NCBI GenBank assembly: GCA_002633005.1
Contig: NMRA01000203.1
Coordinates: 501,242 to 565,241 of the forward strand
Source of the DNA: Phoronis australis
Lineage: Eukaryota > Animalia > Phoronida
Reading direction: 5' to 3'
Length of the DNA stretch: 64,000 bases
Of this stretch, positions 45,356-60,100 are shown in pieces. The notes beneath the pieces are model-generated. The model was not told the origin of the DNA, did no database searches, and was given only the letters and a program-made list of their open reading frames with translations. The position numbers and the translations under genes were made by a program. The first letter of the stretch is position 1, and each line of letters begins with the position of its first letter.

Positions 45356-48108
45356 TACTAGATTTATCTCCCGTGTCGACCCAGATTTGAATTGAGCAAT
45401 TAATCACACCCCTCTCGTTGCAATTGTTAAGGTTGGGCCGGGAATGAATCGTCCGTGTTTTTGATCAAGGAAACGAAATTTAGTCGTGTTCACCGATCTG
45501 AAACAGTACTTACTGATACTGTAAGTGGACTGCCATTTGAGTTTTATAATGTTCCGCAGTATGATATTTTGCAGCGCGCTAATATATTTGAAAGCATCTG
45601 TCAGTTTTTCGCAACGGTCTCATGAAATCACCCTGTCAAAGTCAAAATCCCAGTTGGATTTGAGCCGTGAGAAACTTTGTGGTTATCAGGTTCTGCTGAG
45701 TGACAGAACCTACAAATTCCGTGCTCTAATGAACATTCTGTGCTCAGTTCGACCAAAATTTTGATGTAAGTGCTCACTGCTCGACTTTCGACAATTTTCG
45801 ATTTAGGCGCTCACTGCTCGGGTAATTGCCCATTCCTCTATTTTAAGGTTTCACAATTTAACTGCCTGGGATATGTTGACCCACGAGTTTACGGAATAGC
45901 ATGAATTTAATTTAGAATTGAAATTAAAATTTCCAAGTTGCTACACAGATTAAATTACATCAGGGTTTACATAAACAGCCTATGGTATAAAGTTATGGAG
46001 GTGTACAGCATAATATAAAACATACTTATTAGCAATATATTCCCCATTTTCAGTGACTTGTTGTTTCCTGTTTTATCCATCATGGCTTGAACATCATGAC
46101 ATGACTGAGTGCTGTGTTGTCGGAGAGTAAGAAAACATGGTTCGGGGACTTTCTTGAGTTAAATCAATTGAAATGGATAAATCAGTCTTGTATTTATGGA
46201 GGAAACCCTTGTTTTAAGGAAAATTTGTTGTCAGCGTATTACTTAATGATCCAACAAAGCTAGTAAACAACCTTAAAATTTGAAATTAATGAACCTATCC
46301 TGTTGCTTTATTATTTTGAATTACAAGCTGTCTTCTTTTCAAAGAAGAAAATGTGATGTTTTTTACTGATAAATTGTTCTTCACCAGTTTCTAAATTTAC
46401 CGAGATCAGACACCGTACTTTTTCCTTCAATGAATTTCAATGTGCTTACTGTACCAGACTTCATTTGGTTTCCCCAGCCAGACATTCCTGATATAAATTT
46501 ATCTCACAATCCACTGTCTGCCTTTACCTCCTGATGGTAAACATAACACAGCTCTGCAGGTTGAGAGCAAGAATTATCAACAGTCAGGATGAATGTGCTA
46601 CAACTAAGTGCACTATGACTGACATAGATTTTTTCCAAGCCTAGCTGGTACTGTACTTAAATGTGCTGTAAGTTGCTGCCTTTTTCAGTCAACGGTAAGC
46701 TGATGGAATGGAAGGACGGGTGAGAAATGAGAAGGATTGACTCAAAAAAGTGGGAAGGACACTCAAATAGTGGGAATTGCGGGGTTGTGATGGAGGGGTG
46801 GGACAGTAGGGCCATTGTGCGATTTATGTTGCAATGAATATCAACTTTAATTATTTATTGCAGACATGTCATAACCGATCTGTATATGAATATTTGCAGG
46901 TATGGTGTTACAGGTAAAAACCATGTAGAACACAATTTGTCCTAAATAGTACAAATCAAAACCTGGCCTTTGGAAGTTTCAATAGCCAAAGCAAAAAAGA
47001 GTGCCTGTAATTTTCAGGCTTTGGACTACACAGAAGTATTACATTCCAAGGCACTCGATTTTCCTTTGTGCTATGAAAAATATTTAAAAATTGCACGAAA
47101 TAAACCTTATTAGGTCCAAAAAATTCCATCCACTAATTTAAAAAAGTCCAGTCAAGGTTAGAATCACTTCTGTAAAATGTTGCCAACGAGGGGTGGTGAC
47201 TGGGAATTGGTGTTGACGGAGGTTGGGTGGGGAGGATTTTCCTCTACCGAAAATTCTTATTCTTAGAAGGCACAAGCACTTTTCCCTTCAGGTGTCCGTG
47301 AGCAAGAGCCTTCCATTCAAGCATTCATTAGAGGTGTTGAAGCTGCTTTGCCCTGCATTCATGCATTCGTTTGAGATAATAAAGCCTCTTCACCTTACGT
47401 AAATGACAATGATTTCCTGTGAAGTGCAATTAAATTTAAAGTTTTTGTAAGTCAGATCAAATCTTCACACACTAGTTAGTTGCAGTTCTATACTTTTACT
47501 TAAGTGATGTCATGCAGTTGTCATGTCACTGATGCTCATAATCTCACAGCTGACTGAGTATACGTGTGTTACTGGCTGACTTTGGAAGGAATCTCTGGAG
47601 ATGAGTCATTCAGAAACCCAGAAACCCTGTACTGCTTTGAGAAATAAAATCTCGAATGAAGTAATTGAACCTGAAAATGGATACTGTAGTTTTGATTCCG
47701 TTTTTTTAGTTTTGAGTTGTAGACAAGACATTAAAAGGCCACTGGTCAACAAACAAGTATTAATGACTAGAGCTGCTGGTAAAGATGACAAACAAATTCA
47801 GATATATACTATAAAACATGGTTCACCAAACGAGATAAGTTCAAAATAATAAGTTTGCCTTGGTGATTTCTGTGATATTGACTGGTCAGTAAAATCTGTC
47901 ACCTGAAGTCGTCATATTGGCCATTCTATGGGTCCATATATTTCATACTTGATAGTATCGGTACTTAAAGAGAAGAGATACTGCTCTCTTGTCACCCAGG
48001 AAGTGTCTGCCAGTTTCAACCTTCAGTTTGTGAGTTGTTATAATTGTTCTCATTATGGTATTTGTGTTCATTTTAGGTGTGTCTGTCTTGACAGAGAAGA
48101 AACCTAAA

Positions 48109-48123
48109 ATGAATGTCCGTGGG
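48109..48123 (+). CDS. CCDC9: CCDC9-like candidate start exon (MNVRG)
   Basis: Acceptor ttttag at 48076; aaaATG context; donor GGG|gtaagt; phase 0 matches the next exon. Confidence 0.6.
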
Positions 48124-51100
48124 GTAAGTTACCATTGTGGGGTAAGTTACCATTGTGGGGTAAGTTACCATTGTGGGGTAAGTTACCATTGTCCTGCAGG
48201 TCGTGTGATATCATGTCCTTGCTGTCATGTTTCACATTCTTGTAAATTTGACAATCATTCCATTCTAACGACACTTACAGTAATTCTCCACTTTTTACAC
48301 AAAGATAATTGCCCAATTTTTTCCGTTTCTCGAGGGCCGATAAGTTAACTGCAAAAACTGGATAATTTACCAAAAGTTCTTTTATGACAGCCACACAGGA
48401 CAAACTACTTGTTTGTGTGGAGAAATGCGACAACTATTATAGTAGAATTTCTCGTCGCACATGTTGTGTGCTATAAAGTGAAGAATTGCCATACTTCATT
48501 TTGGGTTTGATTGTTCTTGGTGGGTGGTCTTTCCCTGTAGTTGTCTTGTTGTAATTAAATTTGCTAAAAGTGTAGGACACGCTTGCGTGTTTAGGAAACT
48601 TCGAAAGAAGTTTTCAAATGCAATCAAAAGGGACTCCAATACTTTCAGTCGCAGCACATTGGGCTCTACGTACCTAATTGACGTGTTTTCAACAATTTCT
48701 TGACGGGTGATTTTATGTTCATGACATTGCAGAAAATGGTCTTGGATGGCCAAGTTTGTTTTGAATGAGCAGCAAACAGGGTCGCGCCGTACCTTACACT
48801 TGTTTGCATGACTTTTCTGTTGCCCCCCTTCACTTGTCATTCTTTGCAGTATTTCACACCTGCCGTGTCCCACTGTTTATGTCTCCAGCCTATGCTCTGT
48901 GGTGGCATTACTGCGTTATATTATTTCCACTGGAGAATGAAACAAGTATGTTTCGAAATATCGTGTACGTTTTAGTCATGCCTCTTGGTCAGTTACTTTA
49001 TCAATGTTCCGTCGAGTGTAGAGTTTTATTCCGAACATATGAATGAAACGGAATAAAGACAGTGTCATGTGTTTAATCATTTCTGCATATACACATGTAT
49101 ATATACATACATATGTAGTTACACACGTACATAGATACTTCGTTAAAGACACTTGTAACAACTTTTTGTTAGCGACCTTGATACTGGTACGTTCGTAATT
49201 TCGGAACAGTCTCCTTTCTTCAGATGCGTAGGTATGAAGTAAAATACCGAGAGACATAACAAAGAAACAAATTAAAACATTAGCTATATTTCGCGACTTC
49301 ATGTCACATCATCAGGCAATGAGTGGAATGAACATATACGTAGCGAAATAAACAGTTAAATACACGTGACAGCGGGAAGAGGGGCATACAAGGAGAGAGT
49401 GTGAATGGAACAAATGGTATGAAGCCCACAAGCATATCGAAACAGAGCCAACCTTGTGATACATACATACGAACGTACGTACATATATACATAAATACAA
49501 ACATACACACAAATACACAACTACATACACACACATACACAATTTATGACAAAGTAAGTTATTACATCCGAAAATTTCAGTTGATCCATTCTAGTTGTTT
49601 TATTTACCGATTTATATTCTACATTTCATGAAACAATAGTATCCTTGAGATGATCTGGATCGCCTTATTTAGTTTCAGATATATTTTTTACGTTATAAAA
49701 AATAAAAAATAGTCTGGTCTAGAGATATTGAATGTAAGTTTGCTAGACAGATCATATTTGTTATTAAGATAAAACCAATTAATAATACTAACCAATTGTT
49801 ATTATTATTTTGAAAATTTAAGTTAAATTAGAAGTGACAATCTATTTGCCTTAATCACCTCCAATGACAGCTTATTTTCAGTTTAATGAAAGATTTTGGT
49901 CAAAAACAACTATATCTACTCAAGTATTAAAAATTGTCCAGTGTATGAGCAAGGAAAAGAAGTGGAGCTGGAATGATTGTATTGGGGACAGGACAGTAGA
50001 ATGAAACATTGCCTAGTGCCATATGTGTTTTTAGTTCCTTTTATTGTGCCAAAGTGCTGTATTCAAGTTTGTGTGTTCTAGTGAACATTGTGGCTATTTT
50101 TGCCAGTTCTCTGCTTTTTAGTGATGTTGTTTTTTGATGACTTCTTTATGTGCTGTACTGCTGGATTGATATCCATAAATTTTTCAGTTATCTTTGTGTC
50201 AATTAATGGCTAGCACCTGGTTGTTTTGGAACAAATAACTCTGCGCCCCCTAGAGGGATTTCAGTTTCATTAGTGTTTCTTCCTCAAGTAAATGATTTTT
50301 TTCGCAAAAAATACAAGCCAAATAAAGACAATTGTCTAATCAAAGCCTGATTATTACCTGAAAGTCATTTAATATCTTCAAAGCAGATGTACCTTCAGCC
50401 TTTGTAAACCACATTCAGGGAAGGCAACTTCTATTTGGGTCATTTCTGGTTAATTTGCGATTTTTGGTGATCCTCAAAAGTTTATCAAATCCCCCTCCCA
50501 GGTTCGAATTAATTATCCATGCGTCACTCTGAAAGTAATCTTTGCAGCCCAAATCATTCCCAGCCAGCTTTGCTTACATGCTCTTCGTACTGTGCTTGAC
50601 ATCAGATGTGCCATTGCGTATGTCAGCTTGTGACAAGCTAGACTGTTATTTAGCTTTTTCCATTTTGTATGCGCCCTCATATTATCTATATGTGGTCGCA
50701 TATTGCTGTCATCTCTGTCTGGGCGTCCGACGTCTGCAGCTGTATCTCCTAAACCCCTCGCAGGATCTTGATGAGATTTGGCAGATTTGTTCCTATGAAG
50801 CTGACGACAGACGACGAAGAATTTCGAACCTCTCTGACTACCGGTGTGTCCCCTAGTGGCAATTGTAGTTTTTTACGCTTACCTCTGTATCTTCGGAGGT
50901 CCTCAACGGATTTTCATAAAATTTGACAGTTAGGGATCTATTGGTGAGATGATACCATCGTGTCGTTTTTGGACAGATTTGAGGTACTTTGCGCCACCTA
51001 GTGGCCATTTTTACTGTTTTCGAGTATGTTTTTTAGCATCCGCCGTTCTATCATTCAAACCGCTCTAGGGATGATTTTGAAAATTGCCATATATGTTCTT

Positions 51101-54100
51101 ACTGTGAAGAGGGCGGCTGACAATGATTTTCCGACAACTTTGACTACTGTGGCACTTCCTAGTGGCATTTTTTTTTGTTTTTACGCCCATGGCTGTACAT
51201 ACCCCCTAAACCCCTCACAGGATCTTGATGAGATTTAGCAGATATGTTCCCATGTAGCTGACGACAGATGACAACGGATTTTGGACCTCTACCACTATTG
51301 GTGTGCTCCCTAGTGGCAATTTTAGTTTTTTACACTTTCCTTTGTAGATTGGGAGGTCCTCAACGGTTTTCATAAAATTTGGCTGTTAGGCATCTATTAG
51401 TGAGATGACGCCATTCTTACCTTATCAGACGGATTGGAGGTACTTTCTCCACCTGGTGGTCATTTTTACTGTTTTCGAGTCTGTTTTTTGGCGTCCGCCA
51501 TTCTATCATTGAAACCGCTCTAGGGATGATTTTGAAAATTGGCGTATATGTTCTTACTGTGAAGAGGGTGTCTGACGATGATTTTCCGATGACTTGGACT
51601 ACTATGATGCCTCATAGTGGATGTTTGTTTGTTTTTACGCCCATGACTGTATCTCCTAAATGCTCTAAAGGATCTTTGTTGAATTTTATTGGTGTATTTA
51701 TACAAAGTTGACAACAGAGACGACTTTCGGACAGATCGGGCTGCTGGTGTGCCCCCTAGTGGCAATTATAGATTTTTACGTAACTTTTTCGCTGTATCTC
51801 AAAAGGTTTTCAATGGATTTTTTTAAAATTTGGCAGTTTGGTAATCTGTTAGCGAGGTGATGCTATCATCCGGTTTTCGGTAAAATTCGAGGCATTTTGC
51901 GCTACCTTGTGGCCATGTTTACTGTTTTCGAGTCTTGCTATTTGCCATCTGCTCCTCTGTCAACCTAACTACTCTAAGGATGGTTGTGGAAATTGGCATG
52001 TATGTTCCTAATGTGAAGCGGAAGTCTAACGATGATTTTCCGACGACTTTACCTACTTTGGTGCCTCTTTGTGGTAGTTATGTTTTTTGCTCTTATAGCC
52101 TCTTAGCGGCAATTTAATTTTTTGTTTTCAGCTGTTGACTATGTAGTTCCTCATAAATTAAAACACCTATAACTTTATTTTATTTCTTTCATGTTAACAG
52201 AGAGGACAGGAGTCTTCCAAGGAGCTCCTTGACAACCTTACAAAGGAAGAAAAAGAAGAGCTTATTACAAAGAAAATGGAAGAAATTAGGAGGAAAAATG
52301 AAGCGTTGGAGAAACGATATGGAGTAAGATAAACATGCCTGAGTACAGCACTGTTGAAAACATTGCAATTTTATGTTTTGCCAATACGTTTTTATCTGCC
52401 TTTGTTGGAAACTACGTTTCGTTTTGGCCATCTACTTATTTCAAGTATTCAAGGCTTTAAAAATGGTATTATTGGTGTAATAGATAAAATCTCCAGAGAA
52501 CACCAAAATGTGTATTTCACCGTACATTACAGTTCATTTCGAAATTATTTTGCTCAATCCATAGTTTTCAAACAAACAAGGAAACACACCCTTCTCTGAA
52601 GCCTGTCGCTACCAAAGTGCCCGACACATACTAATAGATGCGCCTGCATGCCCATATAACAAAGGCGTACTGAGACACAACAAATATATCAGCATAAGAA
52701 TAAGCGAACAATAACAACTAAATAAGTAATATAGCAATCAGCGTATAGTTACTAACGTCCCGTCACATTGGGAAGCCACATTTACAAAGTTACAGTTTTA
52801 TATGAATAGATGATCTCTTGCAAAATGGATGATAAACAAAGTAATGAAACCTTTGAAAGCTAATTCCATTTCGCTGTCTTCCAAAATTCAGTTAAGGTTC
52901 TGTAAGACCTTATTGAGAAACATCAGTTACCATAACAACAAGTATAGTGTGTTAACTAGTAATGTATATATTTTCTGAGAGAGAAAATATCAGGGATTAT
53001 AAAAACACACTTGATACTTGGTGGTGTTGTTATCATAACGTGGTCATCTTTTTTAGGTCAAATTTTCATTTTTAACAAAGGTACATTATATAGTACAACA
53101 AAACCTTAATCTATTTTTACTGTAACTTAAATCTTTACATGAAAACTTGCTGATATCTCTCAAAACTTTGTTAGGAATTTTGGATCACTCAATTTATTTG
53201 GTTTCTATGCCAAATTAACTGGCAAAATGAGGCATTTTGGTGAAAAACAGCATTTGTGTTTGTGGCAGGATACAATAAAACGAGGCATTTTAAAAATATC
53301 CTCCCAGCACTTTTTGAGATTTATATATTAATTGGAAAGTCTCAGACGAGTGAAATCCACAGAGCCATTTTTGAGAACTTGACTGTGTTCCTAAGTTCAA
53401 ATTAGGTGGATTTGCAGGAGCCGAAAAAAAGCCGAAAATGTCATGAGCTGTTGAAATCTCATGGTTTTCGATTAACTATTCTGTGAAAACTTCTTTTTGG
53501 TCAGTATAAAGTATGCCATTTTTTGTTCTTTATTTCAACATCCACTCTCGATGTCAACTGTTTGCTGTGCACAATTGATTTAAATTAATAATCACAAATA
53601 AATTGTAATTTTGTAAGTCGATTTTCAATGTCTTGAGTCAAACTCAGTTGGAAGAGTAGCCATAATGTTAGTAGGTCAGCAGTGCATTGTGGAACACAAC
53701 ATATGAAGCAGGCAGCAGACACCAACTTTGAAATGAAGAACGGAGTATCTGTTGTTAAAGTGCGTGGTGAGCATGACATTGAAAATGAAATGTCAGATTA
53801 GTGATGAAATAAATGAATTTGGATGAGGATTTATTTTTTCACAACTTGCCTGTGTTCGTGAAAACAAAAAGTGTCAAATGCTGGTGGACAACTCAGTGCA
53901 TTTCTCGTTATATCGACAGTTGTATGTATGCAGATGCACAACTCTCTCAGGATCAAAACTGTTTCATCTTCATTGTCCATGGTATTTATTATGCTGTGTA
54001 CACCTCATTGACTCAATATTATGACGGCTCAATGAGTAATGAAAGGAATGTGAATTATGGGTATGCACAGAACTGCTCATGACTGGTGGGAGATTCGATT

Positions 54101-57100
54101 TGATTGACAACTCCGTAACCTTTGAACTTGGATAAGTAGTAGATTTCCACGCTGCAGAGGTGGGTCCGGGAAATACTTTTTCTACCAGGAACAGGCAAAA
54201 TGTTGATTTTTTAGTTAACTAGAAAATATTTATCCGCACAAAGTTAGGTATTCAATATTGCAAAAAAATTAAAGCTTTCAAGTAATACCTTACTTATTGA
54301 TTCCTTAAAATACCTCAGTTACGATGACCATTTTAAGCCTGCCCAGTGTCTTCATCAGTGTGTGTTGTGTTGCTGTAGTCATGCAATCTTTTCATTTTCC
54401 TGATGTCTGCAGCACTGTTCAATAATTGTAATATGGTGCAAAGATAGTTTTGAATTTCTTATTTGAACTATTTGGCATGGCTGTTTCTAAAAGTCTTTCT
54501 TTCATATGAACGTCACTTTGGCAGGAAATTGAAGCTGACAAAAAGCGTGCTGAGCAGATGGAAAAAAGTGAAAGGCGTAAGAGTGGGTCGCCAAGGAAGG
54601 AGTTCAAAGATTTTAAGGTAACAAGCTCATTGAGTCTTTCACTGCCAAGCTTGTTTAGAACTATCTTTCTCAGTGCCAAATAAATTTTGAGGATGCGTAG
54701 AGCAAAGGGAGCAGTCACTAAAAATGCTTACCATAATATTGTTACACAAAGTTCTGGGCAAGTTGCACCCACAGTGCATTTAATTTTAAAAATGTGACAT
54801 ACACTGGGCCAGGAAGAGTATTCAAAATTTCAAGTGAAAAAACATTATCACCAGTATGTGAAGATTTGGTTTGAAATAAATACTCCGCCAGCCCAGGTAC
54901 ATACCTCGTCTCATATCTGACATTTCAAACTTAGATCCTGAATCTGAATTTGAGTCAATTAAGCCTTGACGATGCACAGTTAAGTTGCCTATTTATCAAT
55001 TGCAATGTAAGCGATCAAGAGAAATTTTGACAAAAGTGGGAGAAAACTTCAAAAACTTGAATTTTGTTTCAATTGGTATTTGCTAAAACTGCCGCCCTGT
55101 TATCTGCTAAATGTAGTTCAACTTTTAGTTATCTTCCATGAAATTTAGGATTAAGTAGGTCAAGAATGGTTAAGTACCCAACTAGGTCAAGAATGGTTAA
55201 GTACCCAACTAGGTCAAGAAAGGTTAAGTACCCAACTAGGTCAAGAAAGGTTAAGTACCCTACTAGGTCAAGATAGGTTAAGTAATCAACTTGCCAATTG
55301 GCATGTTGGGCATTGAATGTGTAACTTGCGCGGAAAGGCATGCTTGGATGTGGAAGAATTAAACCTCTAAGTTCAACAGTTTTTGAAGAGCCATAATGTA
55401 ATGAAATTACGAGATAGTTTCAGCTAACCAATGAATATTATAAATTGCAATGTCATTACATAGTGTTATGCGGAATAAAAAAGTAGATGTTTTTATTTTC
55501 ATTGCCTCCTGGTGATCCCAGTATCTTGGATGTGCCATTTGTGCGTGTTAGTTATTATTTCTATTTGACATCAGGAGCAACTAAGCCAACCTAGCTACAA
55601 ATTATGAGTTCTTGCAAAGATGACGTACTAAGCTGCAATGATTTTTCAGGTTTTTGCAGTTTGACTTGGAACTGTAGTGAGTTGTGTAATTGAATTCCTT
55701 TTTAAAAGACTGCACAAATTTTGTTATGTTTAACTATTTGCTAAGTAACCTTAAATTGATATTGAGCTAGTTTCTTTGTTTTTTGGAAACCAAAGCCATA
55801 ATGAATTTAGTAATTACTTTATCATTGACAGACTGAAATGGATAAGCGATATGACACTGATGATCATCGGCAGAGGGGGGCAAACGAAAGAGACTGGGGT
55901 CATGATGACCGTGATGCCCCCCCTCGTGGCGATCGTCACCGAGACGACAACCATCAGCGTGATGACAACCATCACCGTGAAGACACCCGACGTCAGATGA
56001 GGAGACCTGACCAGCCAGACTTGCGTAATAAGATACGAGGAAATGAGGGTCGAATTGGAAGCGGCCGCTTTGACCACAGTCAACAGAATCAAAATCGTAG
56101 ATCAGGAAATTTTGAACAGAGAGGTCGACAATCTGACCACGATAACCGCCCTCGATCTGGGAATTTTGAGGACAGTCGTAGAGGAGGGGGAGGTGGCGGT
56201 GATCGGAGGTCTGGAAATTTTGGAGGTACTGAAAGACAACATGGTGCAATGGGAAGTCATGATGCACATTTTGAAAGTAGACCTGGCAACAGGGTGTCTC
56301 CACAGAAGAAGAGCTCAGGGAGAGGGCAGCGGTTGGCTAGTATGACAAAAGAGAAGTTGCAGGCACAAGACTATGGTGCCAAGAGAAAGGAGAATGCAGC
56401 AAAGTATGAAGAGGAGCTCAAGTCGCCCAATGTAAGTATTGTGGCGTGTGGCGTGTCTTGTTGTTTTATATGAACTGGATCGTAATGTTGTTGAGGCACT
56501 TGATCATATGCTAAAACATTTATTGTCAGTGGCCCAAAGTGCAGGTGAAACATTTTGTTTCTAACTCATCATACAGTTTGGTTATGATAAGGGATATTTA
56601 TTCAAAGTCCAAAGTTCTGTGTTATTCATGGCTTTAATGTTTTTTCAATCGCCAACTTACCATATTTAATTTACTGTCTACAGTGACTTCTACCATTTAC
56701 GTCTTACCTTCTTGACTATGGCATCCTTTTCAGGGGCCTCCCCCAGAACCTGGCTATAGCTTCCTAGCTGACCCAAGGCGTCAAGGGCCACTGGACAATA
56801 ATGAAGCAAGCAGACGACATACCAGCAATTTTGGTGGGAAAGATTTCTCAGGGGTGAAGAACAAAATTAAGCAGGAGAAGGATCGAGGGGTTTGTGTACT
56901 TTTTGAAATTCACCTTTTAACTGGATTCATTTATTAGTGTGAAATTCAGCCAACAGATGGAGAGTTTTGTTCATATTGACGAGTTTATGACAACCGGTTG
57001 ATTTGTTGAGTTTAGAATCGATTGAATTTATAAATCTATGCAGTTCGTTGCAATCTTGCCAATTGTGGATATGGCCAAATAATTGCCAAATTGATCTTTG

Positions 57101-60100
57101 TTGTGAATGTCAGTAATTTGTTGAAACAATGCATTTTGAGGTGTTGTAAATACAGTAATAATTGCATCAAACATATGTTCTTTCGAATCGGATAAAGCTG
57201 TGCTCTAATATAGCTGTTTAGGTTTGGTGCACTTGGAACTTCAGATACGTCACATTTTGCCTTACTTGAATAAAGCATCTCAGTCTAGTTGAATCTAGCT
57301 TATGCAAGATTTAATGTGCAGTTCTAAGGAGCACTATCAAGTACCAAATACAGTTGCCTGGAGAACTTAATTAATGAGATATGTTTGAATTTCCTCTGTA
57401 GCGTTTCAGCGGTCCACCGCGATCCAAGATGGAGATGTCGGTGCGTATGACAGGTAGGGAGCGCCAGGAGTATCAGCAATGGAAGGAGGAACGTGACCGC
57501 ATTGACCAAGAGAGGATCCAGCGACAGAAGGACAATAGTGGGAACTGGGTCAGGTCATGGGACTCTGAGAAAGTGGAGCAAGAGTAAGCAGTGCACCCTG
57601 GTGTTTTGGAACTTTCTGTTCACTTGTTTATTATAACGTCATTTTGCCATTTTGAACATGTCAAATGAAATTTATATGCTAAAAACGATTATTAAAATCA
57701 GGCCAAATTTAGGTAGCACTGTAAATTACTTAGCACTAACTTCAAAAATCATTTCCTGGCTGTGGACCTAGTCAATATTAATGTTGCTCAACTCCGCGGA
57801 ACCATAAACTGCGTGCAATCATTTTCGGAACATATTACCGATTAATCGAAAACATAATTTTGTAAAAATTTCAAGTCCTAAATTACCCCGTGGTAACCTG
57901 AATTGGAAATAATTGAAAATATGATGTGACGGTGCATTTATGCTCTTATTTGTGAGTCCAGATCCATCATGTTAGTGGCAGATATGTTGTCACTAATCAT
58001 CCAAATAGTAATAATTTTAAATTTATGACAACAATTCGAGCTATTACTGGATACATACAGGGTACCAGAAAAACATAGAAATGGCAAAATGAATCATAAA
58101 TCATGGCATGCCTTTATCGTTGGTCCCATGTAGTCTATGAAGATGGTCTCCATTACTGTAAAAATATATTAACCTTTATGATTTTTAATAAAGGAAAAAA
58201 CCCAAAAGTGTTGTGTTGTTTTTAACTAATTTGGCTAAGCAGTCACAGAGATGAGGAATAAGCGTTCAAGTTCAACTTTATAACGAAATGAAATGATAAT
58301 TTCGGAAAACTGGAACAGAGTTTTTGAGTCTTTATGTTGTACATTGATTTCGTATCAAGCAGAATTTGGTCATGTTGTTGATACCGTTGTGTTATTGATA
58401 CCGTTGTGTCGTTGTGGATGTACCTTTAACTATTTTGCTAAATTTTACTAAAAATATGTGGTGACATGATCCAGTTGATAGCAGATTACCGAGTTAAAAG
58501 CTATAGTTTTGCCTGTAATTGGCTAAATGCACTGAGTCAATAAGGTCCTACATACTAACCATAAGGAAGTGTTATCGAGCTGCAATGGAAATTTTATGTA
58601 ATATGTGACTGTTGAATTTTTGAGAAGTAATCACAAAGATTGACAATTACCTTAAGTTAGTTATTTGACATCATTATTCTGTTGCAGGTCCAAGGAGCCT
58701 CCCAGCCCAAGACAAGTTCCAGCTCCACGACGGCCAGGTATACATTTGAAGAATCTTTTAATCATAGTTCAGCTTATTTATATAATTATTATTAATTAAT
58801 TTACTTCTTCGTCTGTCTATTCTCTTCACATGATTTATAATCTGGCTGATTTCTTTCACTTTTGCATCAATTAAAAGTTTATGCCAGTTTTACTTAATAT
58901 GTAATAAGTTTATTACAAAATAACTTATAATGACTTCTTGTTGTCACCTCCTTTGCACGTATCTTCTTCTGAAGTCTTGATCTCGATTCACCTTTAATCA
59001 ACAGTACAAGATGTGAGTGAGCAAAATTACTCTTTGTCTTGACAAAGAGTTTTCATATGGAATGTTGATCAGTTCACTTAAGTCAAGGCTCTGTAATCCA
59101 TACGGTGGGTTCAGTTGTGAAAGAGCAGTGAATGCTACTTGATACACTGATCTTGGTTTTGCTTGAAGGTTGGGGCTTACTGAACTTTTCTATACTTATT
59201 TAGCTGCCTGAGATGCAGGTGTGTTGTTACTGGTTACAGTTTATGGTAAATGCTCTTCAGTTTAGCACAGAAGGTGGCTGAATTGTGAAATTTTATTTTT
59301 GACTTATTTCTCAATAAAATGAACGTGAAGAAAAAAGTTGAGTTCATCATTATCAGGATTTGCACCATAATAAAACACATTTTTGATAAAGTTTCGAACA
59401 TCTTAAAAAATTAATGTACTTAGCCTTTGAAAAAGATTTCTGTTTTGTCAATTGCTTTTGTGTGAAATTGAAGAATGATTACATAACTGTATTTTTTGTT
59501 AATGTAAGCAGATACACAATTTAAAATTCATTTCAGCTCTTTCGTTGTCAAATTGTTTATTTTTTGTTTGTTTGACGTTTATTTCGTTGTGTGTTTGTTG
59601 AGTTGCATGGTGTTACTAAACACAACTATGGCAAAATTGTTAGGTAATGTTGCCGTAGGTTAAACCATTTAGTTGACTTGAGTGTGCATTTTGTAGGCTT
59701 TCAGTCAGGCAAAATTGTTGACAGTGGTTAGACGCTTGCAATTTGTGCAGTACAATCATTTTGTTCAGTATGCTGGTGTATGGTCTTCCATAATCATTGC
59801 ATATGTTCTGGATACTCCCCAAGTAGAGGCTGGATATGTACGTTCCCCGTTGGCAACTGAGTTGGGATAACACTCTTGGTCACCACACCTTTTTACTTTG
59901 GTTGTGAAGGTTTCTTATCCTTTTGGCAACGGTCAGGCCTTATTGTTTGATTTGATACTGTGCTATTGGTTTGCCTGATATTGGTCGGTTAGCCTGGTTT
60001 GGTGTTAATGACTAACAGGCAGCGTAATGGTGGCCCTCATTTCTTGATTACGATTTTAATGGCATGCTTGTCTACTGTACTGGGTGAAGTGTTGGAAGTC

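Noticed and set aside
47601-47849. 82-aa ORF upstream of the CCDC9-like gene
   Set aside because: No recognisable domain and no convincing splice link to downstream exons.
53585-53779. LLFQLSLTQDIEN resembling a LINE-associated 2A-like peptide
   Set aside because: It lacks the required NPGP ending, so at most it is a decayed remnant.
3809-55284. Short direct-repeat arrays (29, 20, 20 and 27 bp) as CRISPR arrays
   Set aside because: The units are head-to-tail with no unique spacers, there are no cas genes, and the context is a eukaryotic intron.
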